This document shows positions 9,687 to 20,046 of a stretch of DNA of 64,000 nucleotides, in pieces. Source of the stretch: a virus (Duplodnaviria; Caudoviricetes); the IMG/VR virus record IMGVR_UViG_3300011008_000067, positions 57,661-121,660 of that record, one strand, 5' to 3'. Under the pieces are notes generated by a model. It worked only from the letters and a program-made list of their open reading frames with translations, was not told where the DNA came from and did no database searches. A program made the position numbers and the translations under genes. The stretch's first letter is position 1. Each line of letters starts with the position of its first letter.

Positions 9687-10197
9687 TATTCCACGCATGA
9701 CAAAAACTGAGTTTATGGCGCAGTATGAAAAGTATAAAGATTCAGAGAATCTTGCGCTGAATCTTTCAATTCATATGCCAGATGACAGCATTGAAATTAT
9801 ATTTAACTCAAAAGGTCATAATAAAGTTAAATATATTAATGAAACCTATGATGAAAATCTTGCGCATAAAAATAGTAAAGAGATTTTTATTGTTGATGCT
9901 CAATTTTTCAATGATAAAATTCACGAGTTCAATTTTTCAAATGCTGTTCAACTTTTGAAACACGGCAAGAGGCTTTCACGCAGAGGATGGAACGGTAAAG
10001 ATCAGTTCATTTACTTTGTTCCTAAAGGTTGCTACGAACCGCAGACTAAAGCTGCCGGAAAGTATTGCCGAAATGATGATGGTTTAGTTCCATATCGTGA
10101 GTATATCGCTATTAAAACTACAGATGGCACAGTTGTACCTTGGGTAGCAAGCCAAACTGATATTCTTGCGGATGATTGGTATACTGTTTATAATTAA
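9661..10197 (+). CDS. DUF2829 (Tad2-like) domain protein with extra N-terminal domain
   Basis: FNFSNAVQLLKHGKRLSRRGWNGK...VPWVASQTDILADDW matches the DUF2829 signature. Confidence 0.8.
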   Translation: MANENKLPDIPRMTKTEFMAQYEKYKDSENLALNLSIHMPDDSIEIIFNSKGHNKVKYINETYDENLAHKNSKEIFIVDAQFFNDKIHEFNFSNAVQLLKHGKRLSRRGWNGKDQFIYFVPKGCYEPQTKAAGKYCRNDDGLVPYREYIAIKTTDGTVVPWVASQTDILADDWYTVYN

Positions 10198-10246
10198 TAA
10201 TACAAAATAAATTATGGTTATCTAACAAAATAACCGAAGGAGAAAA

Positions 10247-10876
10247 ATGGGAGATAAAAAGAAAGGTATTTTTTCTACATTAAGCGCAATTAATACGGCA
10301 GATAAAGTAAAAGAAAAAAATGGATTAAAGTATCTGCCGTGGAGTTCAGCGATCCAGATCGTAAAAGGCGCATATCCAAATACTACTTTTAAAATTATTC
10401 CTCAGATCATGGATGACAAAGGGAATACAAGACCTTGGCATGATGATGGGCGAACTGGATGGGTAGAAGTTTCTGTAAGAATTGAAGCAGATGATGGTGA
10501 GGTTTGCGAAACACAAGAAATGCTTGCCATTATGGATTTCAAAAATAGAGCTATTCCATGCGACCAAATTACATCAGTTGATGCAAATAAGAGTATAAAG
10601 CGTTGTTTAGTTAAGGCATTGGCAATAGCCACAGGAATTTCGCTATATATTTATTCTGGTGAAGAACTTCCAGATGAACTTGCAAACGTAGTTAAACTAC
10701 AGAATGAATGCATGGAACTTATTAAAAAGAAATGTAATTTATCTGACAAAGCAAAAGAAAAAGTTGGTGAAATCTGCAAGGCTGCGGATGAGTCTGCAAA
10801 CGGCGATCCGAGACTTATCGAGGATGTTGACGTTCTAACAGAATTAAAGAAACAGCTTATGGCGGTAAGAAAGTAA
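10247..10876 (+). CDS. Sak-type single-strand annealing protein (DUF1071-like)
   Basis: LKYLPWSSA, IMDFKNRAI, DANKSIKRCLVKALA..G.SLYIYSGEELP. Confidence 0.8.
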   Translation: MGDKKKGIFSTLSAINTADKVKEKNGLKYLPWSSAIQIVKGAYPNTTFKIIPQIMDDKGNTRPWHDDGRTGWVEVSVRIEADDGEVCETQEMLAIMDFKNRAIPCDQITSVDANKSIKRCLVKALAIATGISLYIYSGEELPDELANVVKLQNECMELIKKKCNLSDKAKEKVGEICKAADESANGDPRLIEDVDVLTELKKQLMAVRK

Positions 10877-10877
10877 A

Positions 10878-11927
10878 TTGACAGACTTTATTATAAACGA
10901 TGTTGTTTATATAAATAACAAAAAGCATTATAACTGCACTTGTGGAGTGTGCGGAAATAAGAAAACAGTAAGAGCAAACAGATATGATAATTCAAAATGT
11001 ATTTGTATAGCTCATCAAAGCCCTGATTTAATTAAATATCTTTATAACGAAGAAGATAAATATAAATTTTCGTCATCGTCTACTAAAAACGTAAAATGGA
11101 AATGTGATAATTGCGGAAATATATTTGAAAAGAAACCGCGAGATGCTAAAAAGAATGGAGTTATATGCCCTGTTTGTTCCGACAAAATCTCTTATCCAAA
11201 TAGATTTATGTTTTCTTTCCTATCTTATTATGGCGTGGATTTTGAAAATGAGAAAAGTTTTAATTGGAGTAATCGTAGAAGATATGATTTCTATATTCCT
11301 TTATGGAATATGATTATAGAGATGAATGGTGAACAACATTATACCGTAAAAGATAATTCAATATTCTGTAAAGATATTGAAAAGATAGACAAGGTTAAAA
11401 AGGAAAACGCATTAAAAAATGGCATCAATTACTATATTGAAATAAATAGTTCAAAATCTGAAGCGGTTTATATTTTCAATAATATAAAAAATAGTAAGCT
11501 GTCTGAATTTATAGACATTAAGGATGAATCATGTTTTCATATTCAAAAACAAACAGAAAATAAGTTGTTTAATGAAGTTATAAAGTTGAGGAACGAAGGT
11601 TTATATACAACTACCATCGCAGAACGTTTAAAAAAGTCAGTTGATACAATTGCGAATATTATAAAGGTAGGCAAAGAATTGAGCTTGTGCGAGTATGATG
11701 CAGATGTTGAACAAAAAAAGTTTATATATGCAGCACATGAAACAAACAAGAAGCCAGTTATTTGCATCACAACTGGAAAAGAATTTGAATCTATTAATGA
11801 AGCTTCTAAATTCTACGGATTAAACCCGAAGGCATTGTCGAATTGTTTGGTTGGTAGAAGTAAAAGCTCTGGTATAGATAAAGAAACAAATCAAAAATTA
11901 TATTGGAAATTCAGAAAGGAAAATTAA
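10878..11927 (+). CDS. free-standing homing endonuclease (zinc ribbons + Vsr-like PD-(D/E)xK + NUMOD1-type tail)
   Basis: CxxC repeats, RYDFYIP..IIEMNGEQHY, KPVICITTGKEFESINEA. Confidence 0.78.
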   Translation: MTDFIINDVVYINNKKHYNCTCGVCGNKKTVRANRYDNSKCICIAHQSPDLIKYLYNEEDKYKFSSSSTKNVKWKCDNCGNIFEKKPRDAKKNGVICPVCSDKISYPNRFMFSFLSYYGVDFENEKSFNWSNRRRYDFYIPLWNMIIEMNGEQHYTVKDNSIFCKDIEKIDKVKKENALKNGINYYIEINSSKSEAVYIFNNIKNSKLSEFIDIKDESCFHIQKQTENKLFNEVIKLRNEGLYTTTIAERLKKSVDTIANIIKVGKELSLCEYDADVEQKKFIYAAHETNKKPVICITTGKEFESINEASKFYGLNPKALSNCLVGRSKSSGIDKETNQKLYWKFRKEN

Positions 11928-11929
11928 AA

Positions 11930-12427
11930 ATGGGATTTGCAAATTACAGGTATAATACAAAAAAAATTGCAGAAGCCATTGGTGTGTCTGAAAGTGCATT
12001 GATTAATGCAATGAACGAAAACACTTATGGCGGTTATGCAAGAGTATGGTCGGTTGAAGATAAAGGAAATTATTCTACCGCCAGAATTACAATTAGCCAC
12101 AAGGACAAAAACACAGATGCTTATGTTCCAGATTTTCAAGATGGATATGTAAGACTTGTTGGACAGGCGCACACGGCACTTCAGGGAGTACATATTGAAG
12201 AAAAGAAAGGTATATCTATTAAGATTTCTTCATGCGATGTAACAAATGTATATACTTCACCAAATGGGAAAGTTTCTTACACACCGCACTATACAATTTT
12301 CGGACTTGAGATTCAGGACGGAAGTTCAAATAACAAAGGGAATAATGCCAATTCCAATACTAATTTTGGCTCGGACGGATTTATGAATGTCCCTGATGGC
12401 ATTGATGAAGAGTTACCATTTTCATAA
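11930..12427 (+). CDS. ssb: single-stranded DNA-binding protein
   Basis: Acidic tail DGFMNVPDGIDEELPFS after an Asn-rich linker; downstream of Sak. Confidence 0.7.
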   Translation: MGFANYRYNTKKIAEAIGVSESALINAMNENTYGGYARVWSVEDKGNYSTARITISHKDKNTDAYVPDFQDGYVRLVGQAHTALQGVHIEEKKGISIKISSCDVTNVYTSPNGKVSYTPHYTIFGLEIQDGSSNNKGNNANSNTNFGSDGFMNVPDGIDEELPFS

Positions 12428-12435
12428 AATCAGTA

Positions 12436-12482
12436 ACACAATATATAGTGACGTTTAATTGAAATATCACTATATATTGTGG
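12436..12482. promoter_or_regulatory. tandem NrdR-box-like palindromes
   Basis: acacaatatatagtga and tcactatatattgtgg, starts 31 bp apart, fit acaCwAtATaTwGtg. Confidence 0.6.
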
Positions 12483-12536
12483 TTAGCATTACAATAAAAG
12501 CAACATTTTATTGGTATATATTTTGAAAGGATAGAT

Positions 12537-13187
12537 ATGGTAGAAAATTCTTATGTAGTTAAATTTGAAGAGTTACTTGGCGAAATAGAGCGAGAAGGTA
12601 TTGAAAACCTTCTCGGCTTTATAAGAAAGTCAGATTTCTATACTGCACCAGCAAGCACAAGATTTCATCTTGCTGAAGAAGGTGGATTGCTAAAACATAG
12701 TCTCCATGTATATGAGTGCCTTAATGCAAAATTATCTGCGCCAATTTGGAAAGATGTTTTAAAAAATGTTACAAGAGAAACTATTTTAATCGTTTCATTA
12801 TTACATGATCTTTGCAAAACATATTACTACGTTGGTGATTACAAAAATCAAAAAACGTATGATGTAGATAAAGTGAACGCTGCAAGCCCTCGTGAAGTTA
12901 AACATGATGCAAAAGGTAATTATATTTGGGAAACAGTTCCATGTTATACAGTAGACAATAAATATCCACTTGGACATGGAAGTAAAAGTGTTGTATTTAT
13001 CTTACAGTATATGAAACTGTCAATGGAAGAGATTACGGCTATTACATATCATATGGGTGCATATTGTGATAGTTCTCAATGGAATGAATTAGGGCAAGCA
13101 TATGAAAAATATCCATTAGCACTTGCTCTCCATCAAGCAGATATGGAGGCTACTCATATTTTAGAGGTCGAAAATGGCAAAAGCTAA
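12537..13187 (+). CDS. HD-domain hydrolase
   Basis: APASTRFH..EGGLLKHS, LLHDLCK, GHG, YHMG, HQAD. Confidence 0.85.
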   Translation: MVENSYVVKFEELLGEIEREGIENLLGFIRKSDFYTAPASTRFHLAEEGGLLKHSLHVYECLNAKLSAPIWKDVLKNVTRETILIVSLLHDLCKTYYYVGDYKNQKTYDVDKVNAASPREVKHDAKGNYIWETVPCYTVDNKYPLGHGSKSVVFILQYMKLSMEEITAITYHMGAYCDSSQWNELGQAYEKYPLALALHQADMEATHILEVENGKS

Positions 13188-13653
13188 TATAAAAAAATGC
13201 GCATACAATCATTGCAAACATGAACATAAAGAAATTGATATAAAAACTGAACAATACGTAGAAGATAAAAATAGATATTATCATCCAGAGTGCAAACATG
13301 AAAAAGATACGTTAGCAGAAATTAATGATTATTGGTATAGATTCATAGATAAGGATGTTATCTTTAATCAGCTTGTACGTATAGTGAACAGACTCGTTTA
13401 TCAAGATGGGATGGATGCAGACTATGTACTATTTGCATTGAAAAAGAAAGCAAAGTTTCTAAATCATCCCCCCGGACTTATTTATGCTGTTAAAGATAAA
13501 ACAGTTAAAAGAGAATGGGAAACTGCAAAAAAGATTAAGGAGTATGAAGCAAACAAGGGGAAAGCAGAGATTCAAAACAATGATGAACCATCATTTGTGT
13601 ATAAAGAAAGCGAGGTAAAAAAGAAATTCGGAGATATTTTTGGAGGACAGTAA
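13174..13653 (+). CDS. replication-associated protein upstream of helicase
   Basis: N-terminal Cys/His cluster; coupled to dnaB-like gene. Confidence 0.6.
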   Translation: MAKANIKKCAYNHCKHEHKEIDIKTEQYVEDKNRYYHPECKHEKDTLAEINDYWYRFIDKDVIFNQLVRIVNRLVYQDGMDADYVLFALKKKAKFLNHPPGLIYAVKDKTVKREWETAKKIKEYEANKGKAEIQNNDEPSFVYKESEVKKKFGDIFGGQ

Positions 13654-15000
13654 ATGGACATAGCGGAATTATCAGATATTCAATCTGAAAGCGGTGTTAT
13701 TGGTACATTAATATTCCATCCTGAATATATTCTTCACTCTGATACTTTCCTTAAAGCAGGACATTTTTATAATGTAGAAAACGGGTGTGTTTATTGGGCG
13801 ATTCAAGAATTGATAAAAGAGGGCATTAATAACATTGATGCTCTTAATTTATCTAATAAACTCAATAGTAACACTGGTGTTAAAAACACAATAGAAAAAT
13901 ATAATCTCCCTTCTGTTCAAGAATTTGTTGAACTATATAAAGAACTTGCAAGGCACTCACTTGAAGAGTATATGATGCTTGCAAAAAATATCACAGAATT
14001 TGCTTTCAAGCGCGACTTGTATAAAAAACTAATTGGACTTTCAGGAAAATGTTTTGACAAAAATATTTCTCTTGATGAACTAAGCGGTGAAGTATATGGC
14101 GAATTAGATAATGTTACAGCAGATTTCATATGCGGTTCAGACGTTAAATTATTAGGTGATGAAATTGACGATATATGGCACGAGATAGAAAGCAGAAGAA
14201 CTAATGATGGGATGTATGGCATACCATCTAAGTTTAAATCATTTAATCATCACTTTACATATGAGACTGGCGAATTAGTTGTGATCCAAGCAAAATATAA
14301 AGAAGGTAAATCTATCATTCTTATGAATGAAGTCGTACATAAATTAAAAAACGGCGTTCCTGTTTTAGTTGTAGATACTGAAATGCAAACACGTTTATAT
14401 GTAGAACGACTTTTAGCGCATCTTTCATGTGTGGATATTGAAAAAGTAAAGAACGGCAAATATAACGAAGAAGAAGAGAGAAGAATAAAACAAAGCATAG
14501 CGTGGATAAAGAAGCAAAAATTTAAACATATATATAAACCAGAAATGTCTGATAATGAATTATATACGACTTGTAAGCTATGGATAAATAAAATGGGGAT
14601 TAAGTTTCTCGTGTTTGATTATCTAAAAAGCAACGAATCAGAAACGGGTACAAACTATAATGTTTTAGGTGCAAAATGTGACTTCTTAAAAAATAAAATA
14701 GCCGGAGAATTAAATCTCGCTGTGCTTGCAGCTTGCCAACTTAATAGACAAGGCGAGGTTGCAGATAGCATTAAAATTAATCGTTATCTTTCTGTAGGCA
14801 TAAAATATGGTCAGAAAACACAAGAGCAAATGGTAAAAGACGGGGCAGAATGTGGAAATGCCTATGCGAAAATATATGTTAATAGATTAGGTAAACAAAT
14901 GCGAGAAGATGACGAAAATGAATATATTGACTTATATTTTGACGGAGATAAAATGACAATTTCTGAAGTCAAACAGCATGATAAACAAAAGAACTTTTAG
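13654..15000 (+). CDS. dnaB: replicative DNA helicase DnaB-like
   Basis: DIQSESGVIG N-domain, QAKYKEGKS P-loop, DTEM, VFDYLK, CQLNR. Confidence 0.88.
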   Translation: MDIAELSDIQSESGVIGTLIFHPEYILHSDTFLKAGHFYNVENGCVYWAIQELIKEGINNIDALNLSNKLNSNTGVKNTIEKYNLPSVQEFVELYKELARHSLEEYMMLAKNITEFAFKRDLYKKLIGLSGKCFDKNISLDELSGEVYGELDNVTADFICGSDVKLLGDEIDDIWHEIESRRTNDGMYGIPSKFKSFNHHFTYETGELVVIQAKYKEGKSIILMNEVVHKLKNGVPVLVVDTEMQTRLYVERLLAHLSCVDIEKVKNGKYNEEEERRIKQSIAWIKKQKFKHIYKPEMSDNELYTTCKLWINKMGIKFLVFDYLKSNESETGTNYNVLGAKCDFLKNKIAGELNLAVLAACQLNRQGEVADSIKINRYLSVGIKYGQKTQEQMVKDGAECGNAYAKIYVNRLGKQMREDDENEYIDLYFDGDKMTISEVKQHDKQKNF

Positions 15001-15009
15001 GAGGTAGGC

Positions 15010-16011
15010 ATGACATACGATGATGATATGCTTCAAGAAATTAATGCAAGCGTTGATTTATATGAGTATGTTAGTCAGTCTATTGATTTAGAAAAAAGAG
15101 GGAAAGATTATTTCGGTCACTGTCCATTACATGTCGATAAAACGCCCTCTTTTTCTATTACTCCAAGTAAAAATTCATATTATTGTTTTTCTTGTGGACG
15201 TTCTGGAGGAATCATTGGGTTTTTAATGGACTATGAACATTTGAAATTTGATGATGCTGTCAGTAAAGCAGCAAAATTAGCAAATATGGATTTATCAAAA
15301 ATGTGTAGATCGCAGACAATAGCGTTTTTGAAAAATACAAGAAATGCTTTACAAGAAAAACAAATTATAGATCATACCATATTTCCCCCAAGCGAATTGA
15401 ATAAGTACAGTAAATCAAAGATATCAGAGTGGTTAGATGAAGGGATAGAACAAGATGTTTTAGATTTGTTTGGTGTAAAAATTAATAACAGAGACAATAG
15501 AATTGTATATCCTGTATACGATATAAATGGAAATCTTATAAATATAAAAGGTCGTACAAGATATAAAAACTATAAAGAACTAAGGATACCAAAATATATA
15601 AATTATTATCCTGTTGGAACTATGGATTATTTTCAAGGTTTGAATATCACACTCCCTTACATAAAGCAACAGAACGAAATTATAATATTTGAATCTATAA
15701 AGTCCGTAATGAAGATATTTGGATGGGGTTATAAAAACAGTGCATCAGCAGAGAAGCATACTTTGACAGATGAACAACTTAAACTGTTGGTGAAACTTCG
15801 AGTAAATATCGTATTCGCATATGATTCAGATGTAAGCTATGCACAAGAAAAAGTTAAAATGAATATAGACGTTCTAAAACGCTTAACAAATGTATATGTA
15901 ATATATGATGATAAAGGATTGCTTGGCGGTAAAGTGGCTAAAAACGCACCAGCAGATTTAACTAAGGGAATATGGGAAGAATTGTATTTCAGTAAAACAA
16001 AGGTAACATAA
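15010..16011 (+). CDS. dnaG: DNA primase (CHC2 zinc finger + TOPRIM)
   Basis: CPLHVDKTPSF..CFSC; FES and AYDSD TOPRIM motifs. Confidence 0.88.
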   Translation: MTYDDDMLQEINASVDLYEYVSQSIDLEKRGKDYFGHCPLHVDKTPSFSITPSKNSYYCFSCGRSGGIIGFLMDYEHLKFDDAVSKAAKLANMDLSKMCRSQTIAFLKNTRNALQEKQIIDHTIFPPSELNKYSKSKISEWLDEGIEQDVLDLFGVKINNRDNRIVYPVYDINGNLINIKGRTRYKNYKELRIPKYINYYPVGTMDYFQGLNITLPYIKQQNEIIIFESIKSVMKIFGWGYKNSASAEKHTLTDEQLKLLVKLRVNIVFAYDSDVSYAQEKVKMNIDVLKRLTNVYVIYDDKGLLGGKVAKNAPADLTKGIWEELYFSKTKVT

Positions 16012-16811
16012 TGAATGATTATAAAGAAAATTTAGATAATATGCGTTGGTCGTATTCAAGAGTTACTTGTTACGATCATTGCCCATATAGTTTCTACTTA
16101 AAATATATTATCGATGATGATTCTCAATATCTTGCGGAAGGTAATTTCTACGCTGAAATTGGCAGTTATGTACATTCTATTTTAGAAAAGATATTTAATG
16201 GCGAATTAACCGTTGATGATGCTCCGCAATACTATATGGAACATTATGATGATAATGTGTTTTACACAACAAGGCAGAGTGCTATGGATAAGGCATATGA
16301 ATCTTGCGCTGATTATTTTGCATCCGTAGATTTTGAATGGTTGAAAGATTTTGAAATACTTGGTGTAGAAAAAGAAATAAATATAAGTATAAACGGTTAT
16401 CATTTCATAGGATATATTGATTTGCTTTTACGGCATAATGAAACTAAAGATATATATATAGTAGATCATAAAAGTTCTGCATATCCATTTAAAAAAGATG
16501 GCAAATCCGTTCTTAAAAAATCAGAAAATGATTTTAAAAAATATCGTAGACAGATGTATTTGTACTGTAAGGCGATTTATGATGAATACGGTGAGTACCC
16601 AAAATGGATAGTGTGGAATCACTTTAAAGACCAGAAAATTGCAAAAATACCTTTCATTGAAGAAGAATACTATGAAGCGTTGCAATGGTTTATAGAAACT
16701 ATAAGCAGAATAGAATCCGATACTAATTTTGAAGCTAACGTGGAGTTTTTCTACTGTACGCAGCTTTGTGAATTTCGTTCAAACTGTGAATATATAAATC
16801 AGGAAGAATAA
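16011..16811 (+). CDS. PD-(D/E)XK RecB/Cas4-like exonuclease
   Basis: SYSR..CP, GSYVH, GYIDLL..VDHKS, QMYLY, C-terminal CxxxCxxxxxC. Confidence 0.85.
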   Translation: MNDYKENLDNMRWSYSRVTCYDHCPYSFYLKYIIDDDSQYLAEGNFYAEIGSYVHSILEKIFNGELTVDDAPQYYMEHYDDNVFYTTRQSAMDKAYESCADYFASVDFEWLKDFEILGVEKEINISINGYHFIGYIDLLLRHNETKDIYIVDHKSSAYPFKKDGKSVLKKSENDFKKYRRQMYLYCKAIYDEYGEYPKWIVWNHFKDQKIAKIPFIEEEYYEALQWFIETISRIESDTNFEANVEFFYCTQLCEFRSNCEYINQEE

Positions 16812-19800
16812 ATGAGATATAATAATTATCATAAACATGACCATAAAGGTAATCCGTGGAGTCTCGATGTGATAGTTAAAGAAGAAGACTATTGCAAAAG
16901 AGCAGTTGAGTTAGGTCATACAACTGTTTTTACTACAAATCATGGCGTTCAAGGCGATATCTTTACATGGCTTGACTGTTCTAAGAGATATGGATTGAAA
17001 ATGATTTATGGAACAGAAGCATATTATGTTCATAATCGTTTTGCAGATGCAGAAGGCAACAGAGATAGAAGCAATAAACATATTATTATTATAGCAAGGA
17101 ATAATAATGGTGTAATGCAGCTAAACGATATAATGTCAGAAGCACATGATACAGGGTTTTACTACAGACCAAGAATAGATGATGAATTATTGTTTTCTTT
17201 AAATCCCAATGATTTTATAGTTACATCTGCATGTGTAGCCGGAATATGGCAAGATAGAGAATTGCTATTAGCATTAAATCGACATTTTGGAAAACATTTC
17301 TTTATTGAGATGCAAGCACATAATACTGATTTTCAAAAACGTGTAAATAATGAAATGTTTGAATTTAGTAAGATTTCTGGCATCTATATGATTCATGCGA
17401 ATGATAGTCATTATATTTTGCCTGAAGATGGGATATACAGAGAAATCTTCTTAAAAGGAAAGGATAGACATTATCCAGAAGAAGATGGGATGATTTTGGA
17501 TTATCCAGATAGCGACACTATTATTAAACGATACATAAAACAAGGAATATTTGATCGAAAAAAAGCTGAAGAACTTTTATACAATACATTAGTATTTGAT
17601 GATTGTTCTGAAATTACATTAATTAATGACGATATTAAACTTCCTTCTGTTTCACAAAACCCAATAGCGGAATTAAAAGACATAATAAATCAAAAATGGA
17701 TAGAAGAAAGAAAAAACATTCCAAGGAGCGAATGGGGAAAATATCTTGAAGCTATTCGATATGAAGTAGAAATTGTTGAAAAAACCAACATGGCAAACTA
17801 TTTCTTAATTGATTACAATGTTGTTAAAAATGGTCAAGAGAAATATGGCGGTAAACTCACAAACACTGGGAGAGGATCAGCACCAAGTTTTTATATAACA
17901 AAAATGCTTGGACTTACTGATATTGATAGGGTTAATGCGCCGATTACTTTATTTCCAACAAGATTTATGTCTGTCGAAAGAATTTTAGGAACTCGTTCGT
18001 TACCTGATATTGATTTAAACACAGCAGATAGAATACCTTTTATAAAAGCAACAGAAGATTTGCTTGGCGCAGAAAATTGCGCATGGATGATTGCTTGGAA
18101 ACCTTTACAAGATTCATCTGCTTTTAGGGTATATTGTAAAGGTATAGGTAAAAATATATCAGAGTATGATGATGTTGCCAAAGATTTAGATGCTTATCGA
18201 GATAGCCCAAAATGGAAGAAGTTAATTGAAGATAGTAAGAGATTCGTAGGTGTAGTAGAAAGCATATCAGAATCCCCATGCTCTATGGTTTTATATGATA
18301 AACCAGTTAGAAGAGAACTTGGGTTAATTCATACGAAAGAAAAGATGTGCTGCTTACTTGATGGCTATAACTGTGATAAGTACAAATATCTAAAAAATGA
18401 TTATTTATCTGTTACTGTTTGGGCGATTATAAAAGATACTTGTGAACTTGCGAAAATAAAAATTCCTACTATCAGAGAATTAGATAGTCTTCTTGATGAT
18501 AAAACATTCAAGATATACGAAGAAGGATTGACTTGTACTATAAATCAAGCTGATAGTGATTTCGCAACTGACATTGTGAAAAAATATAAACCTAAAAGTG
18601 TATCTGAAATGTCTGCGTTTGTCGCAATCATACGTCCGGGGTGTGCAAGTTTACTGGATGATTTCATTAATAGAAAACCGTACACTACAGGTGTTGACGA
18701 ACTTGATAACATTCTTGTTGAAGGAAAACATAGGATGATTTATCAAGAATTAATCATGAAGTACCTGATTTGGCTTGGAATTGAGGAAACTGGATCATAT
18801 GACATAATTAAGAAAATTGCAAAGAAAAAATTCAAAGAAGCTGAATTAGCGGAATTAAAAGAAAAGCTGATAGCTGGATGGCGAGAACGTGTAGGAACTG
18901 ATAAAGGTTTCATAGAAACGTGGACAGTAGTTGAACAAGCAGCAAGATATTCATTTAACGCTTCACATTCTTTATCATATGCTTATGATAGTCTATATGG
19001 TGCATATCTCAAATCACATTATCCTCTTGAATACTATACAACGGTTTTCAATTATTATTCAGATGATGAGAAAAGAACGCTTAAATTAACTAATGAATTA
19101 AAGTATTTTGGAATTACATTAAAACCTATTAAGTTTAGACATTCTGTTTCTAATTATAGTTTTGATAAAGACACCAATGAAATATTCAAAGGTATAGCAT
19201 CTATCAAATACATGAACGCACAAATAGCAGATGAATTATATAGATTAAGAGATAACAAATATAATTCGTTTATAGAACTACTATATGATATTAAAGAAAA
19301 GACAACCATAAATGCAAGACAGTTAAAAATACTTATTGAGTTGGATTTTTTTGATGAGTTTGGTGACGCAAATTCTTTAATGAAAGATTGTGAAATATTT
19401 GATATATTCAACGGCAGATCGCAAATACGAAAAGATACTATTACAACATACGGCATCGATGAAAATATGATTAAACAATGCGCCGGAAAGGAATCACCAA
19501 AGATGTACACACATCTTGATAGTAGAAAGTTACTACTCCTTATATCTGGTAAATTACCTTATAACAAAAGAACTTTATCAGATAAGATAAAAGCACAGAT
19601 TGAATATCTTGGATATGTAGATATTATTGGTGATGAGTATTCTGGATTGGCTTGTGTAGTATATGTTGATACTAAATATGCGCCAAAGTTAAAGATGTAT
19701 TCCTTGAAAAATGGAACTACTCTTGATTGCAAGATAGATAAAAAAACATTTAACAAGAATAAACTGATAGAAGGAGACATCGTTATGATAAATGGTACTC

Positions 19801-19901
19801 GATACAAACCAAAAATGAAAAGAAATAATGATGGTGCATTTATTCCAGTAGAGGGTAGTAACGAATTGTGGATCGTGAATTATAAAAAAATTAACATATA
19901 A
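16812..19901 (+). CDS. dnaE: DNA polymerase III alpha subunit
   Basis: PHP domain (HKHDH, TNHG, NDSHY), GRGSA, LPDIDL, KNDYL, YSFNASH. Confidence 0.93.
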   Translation: MRYNNYHKHDHKGNPWSLDVIVKEEDYCKRAVELGHTTVFTTNHGVQGDIFTWLDCSKRYGLKMIYGTEAYYVHNRFADAEGNRDRSNKHIIIIARNNNGVMQLNDIMSEAHDTGFYYRPRIDDELLFSLNPNDFIVTSACVAGIWQDRELLLALNRHFGKHFFIEMQAHNTDFQKRVNNEMFEFSKISGIYMIHANDSHYILPEDGIYREIFLKGKDRHYPEEDGMILDYPDSDTIIKRYIKQGIFDRKKAEELLYNTLVFDDCSEITLINDDIKLPSVSQNPIAELKDIINQKWIEERKNIPRSEWGKYLEAIRYEVEIVEKTNMANYFLIDYNVVKNGQEKYGGKLTNTGRGSAPSFYITKMLGLTDIDRVNAPITLFPTRFMSVERILGTRSLPDIDLNTADRIPFIKATEDLLGAENCAWMIAWKPLQDSSAFRVYCKGIGKNISEYDDVAKDLDAYRDSPKWKKLIEDSKRFVGVVESISESPCSMVLYDKPVRRELGLIHTKEKMCCLLDGYNCDKYKYLKNDYLSVTVWAIIKDTCELAKIKIPTIRELDSLLDDKTFKIYEEGLTCTINQADSDFATDIVKKYKPKSVSEMSAFVAIIRPGCASLLDDFINRKPYTTGVDELDNILVEGKHRMIYQELIMKYLIWLGIEETGSYDIIKKIAKKKFKEAELAELKEKLIAGWRERVGTDKGFIETWTVVEQAARYSFNASHSLSYAYDSLYGAYLKSHYPLEYYTTVFNYYSDDEKRTLKLTNELKYFGITLKPIKFRHSVSNYSFDKDTNEIFKGIASIKYMNAQIADELYRLRDNKYNSFIELLYDIKEKTTINARQLKILIELDFFDEFGDANSLMKDCEIFDIFNGRSQIRKDTITTYGIDENMIKQCAGKESPKMYTHLDSRKLLLLISGKLPYNKRTLSDKIKAQIEYLGYVDIIGDEYSGLACVVYVDTKYAPKLKMYSLKNGTTLDCKIDKKTFNKNKLIEGDIVMINGTRYKPKMKRNNDGAFIPVEGSNELWIVNYKKINI

Positions 19902-19942
19902 GTAGGTATATAGTAGAATTAATAGATAAATCAAAATAATAA

Positions 19943-19971
19943 TTGACTATATTGGTATAAGATGTTATAAT
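19943..19971 (+). promoter_or_regulatory. sigma70/sigA-type promoter for nucleotide-metabolism operon
   Basis: TTGACT-N17-TATAAT with extended TG. Confidence 0.75.
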
Positions 19972-20046
19972 AATTATGTGGTAATTCGTGCGAATTGCCA
20001 CATTGATAATGAATAATAGATAATACAAAATAATTAAGGAGGGAAG

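Noticed and set aside
16011-16811. Cas4-like nuclease as part of a CRISPR system
   Set aside because: No array or other cas genes; sits in the replication operon.
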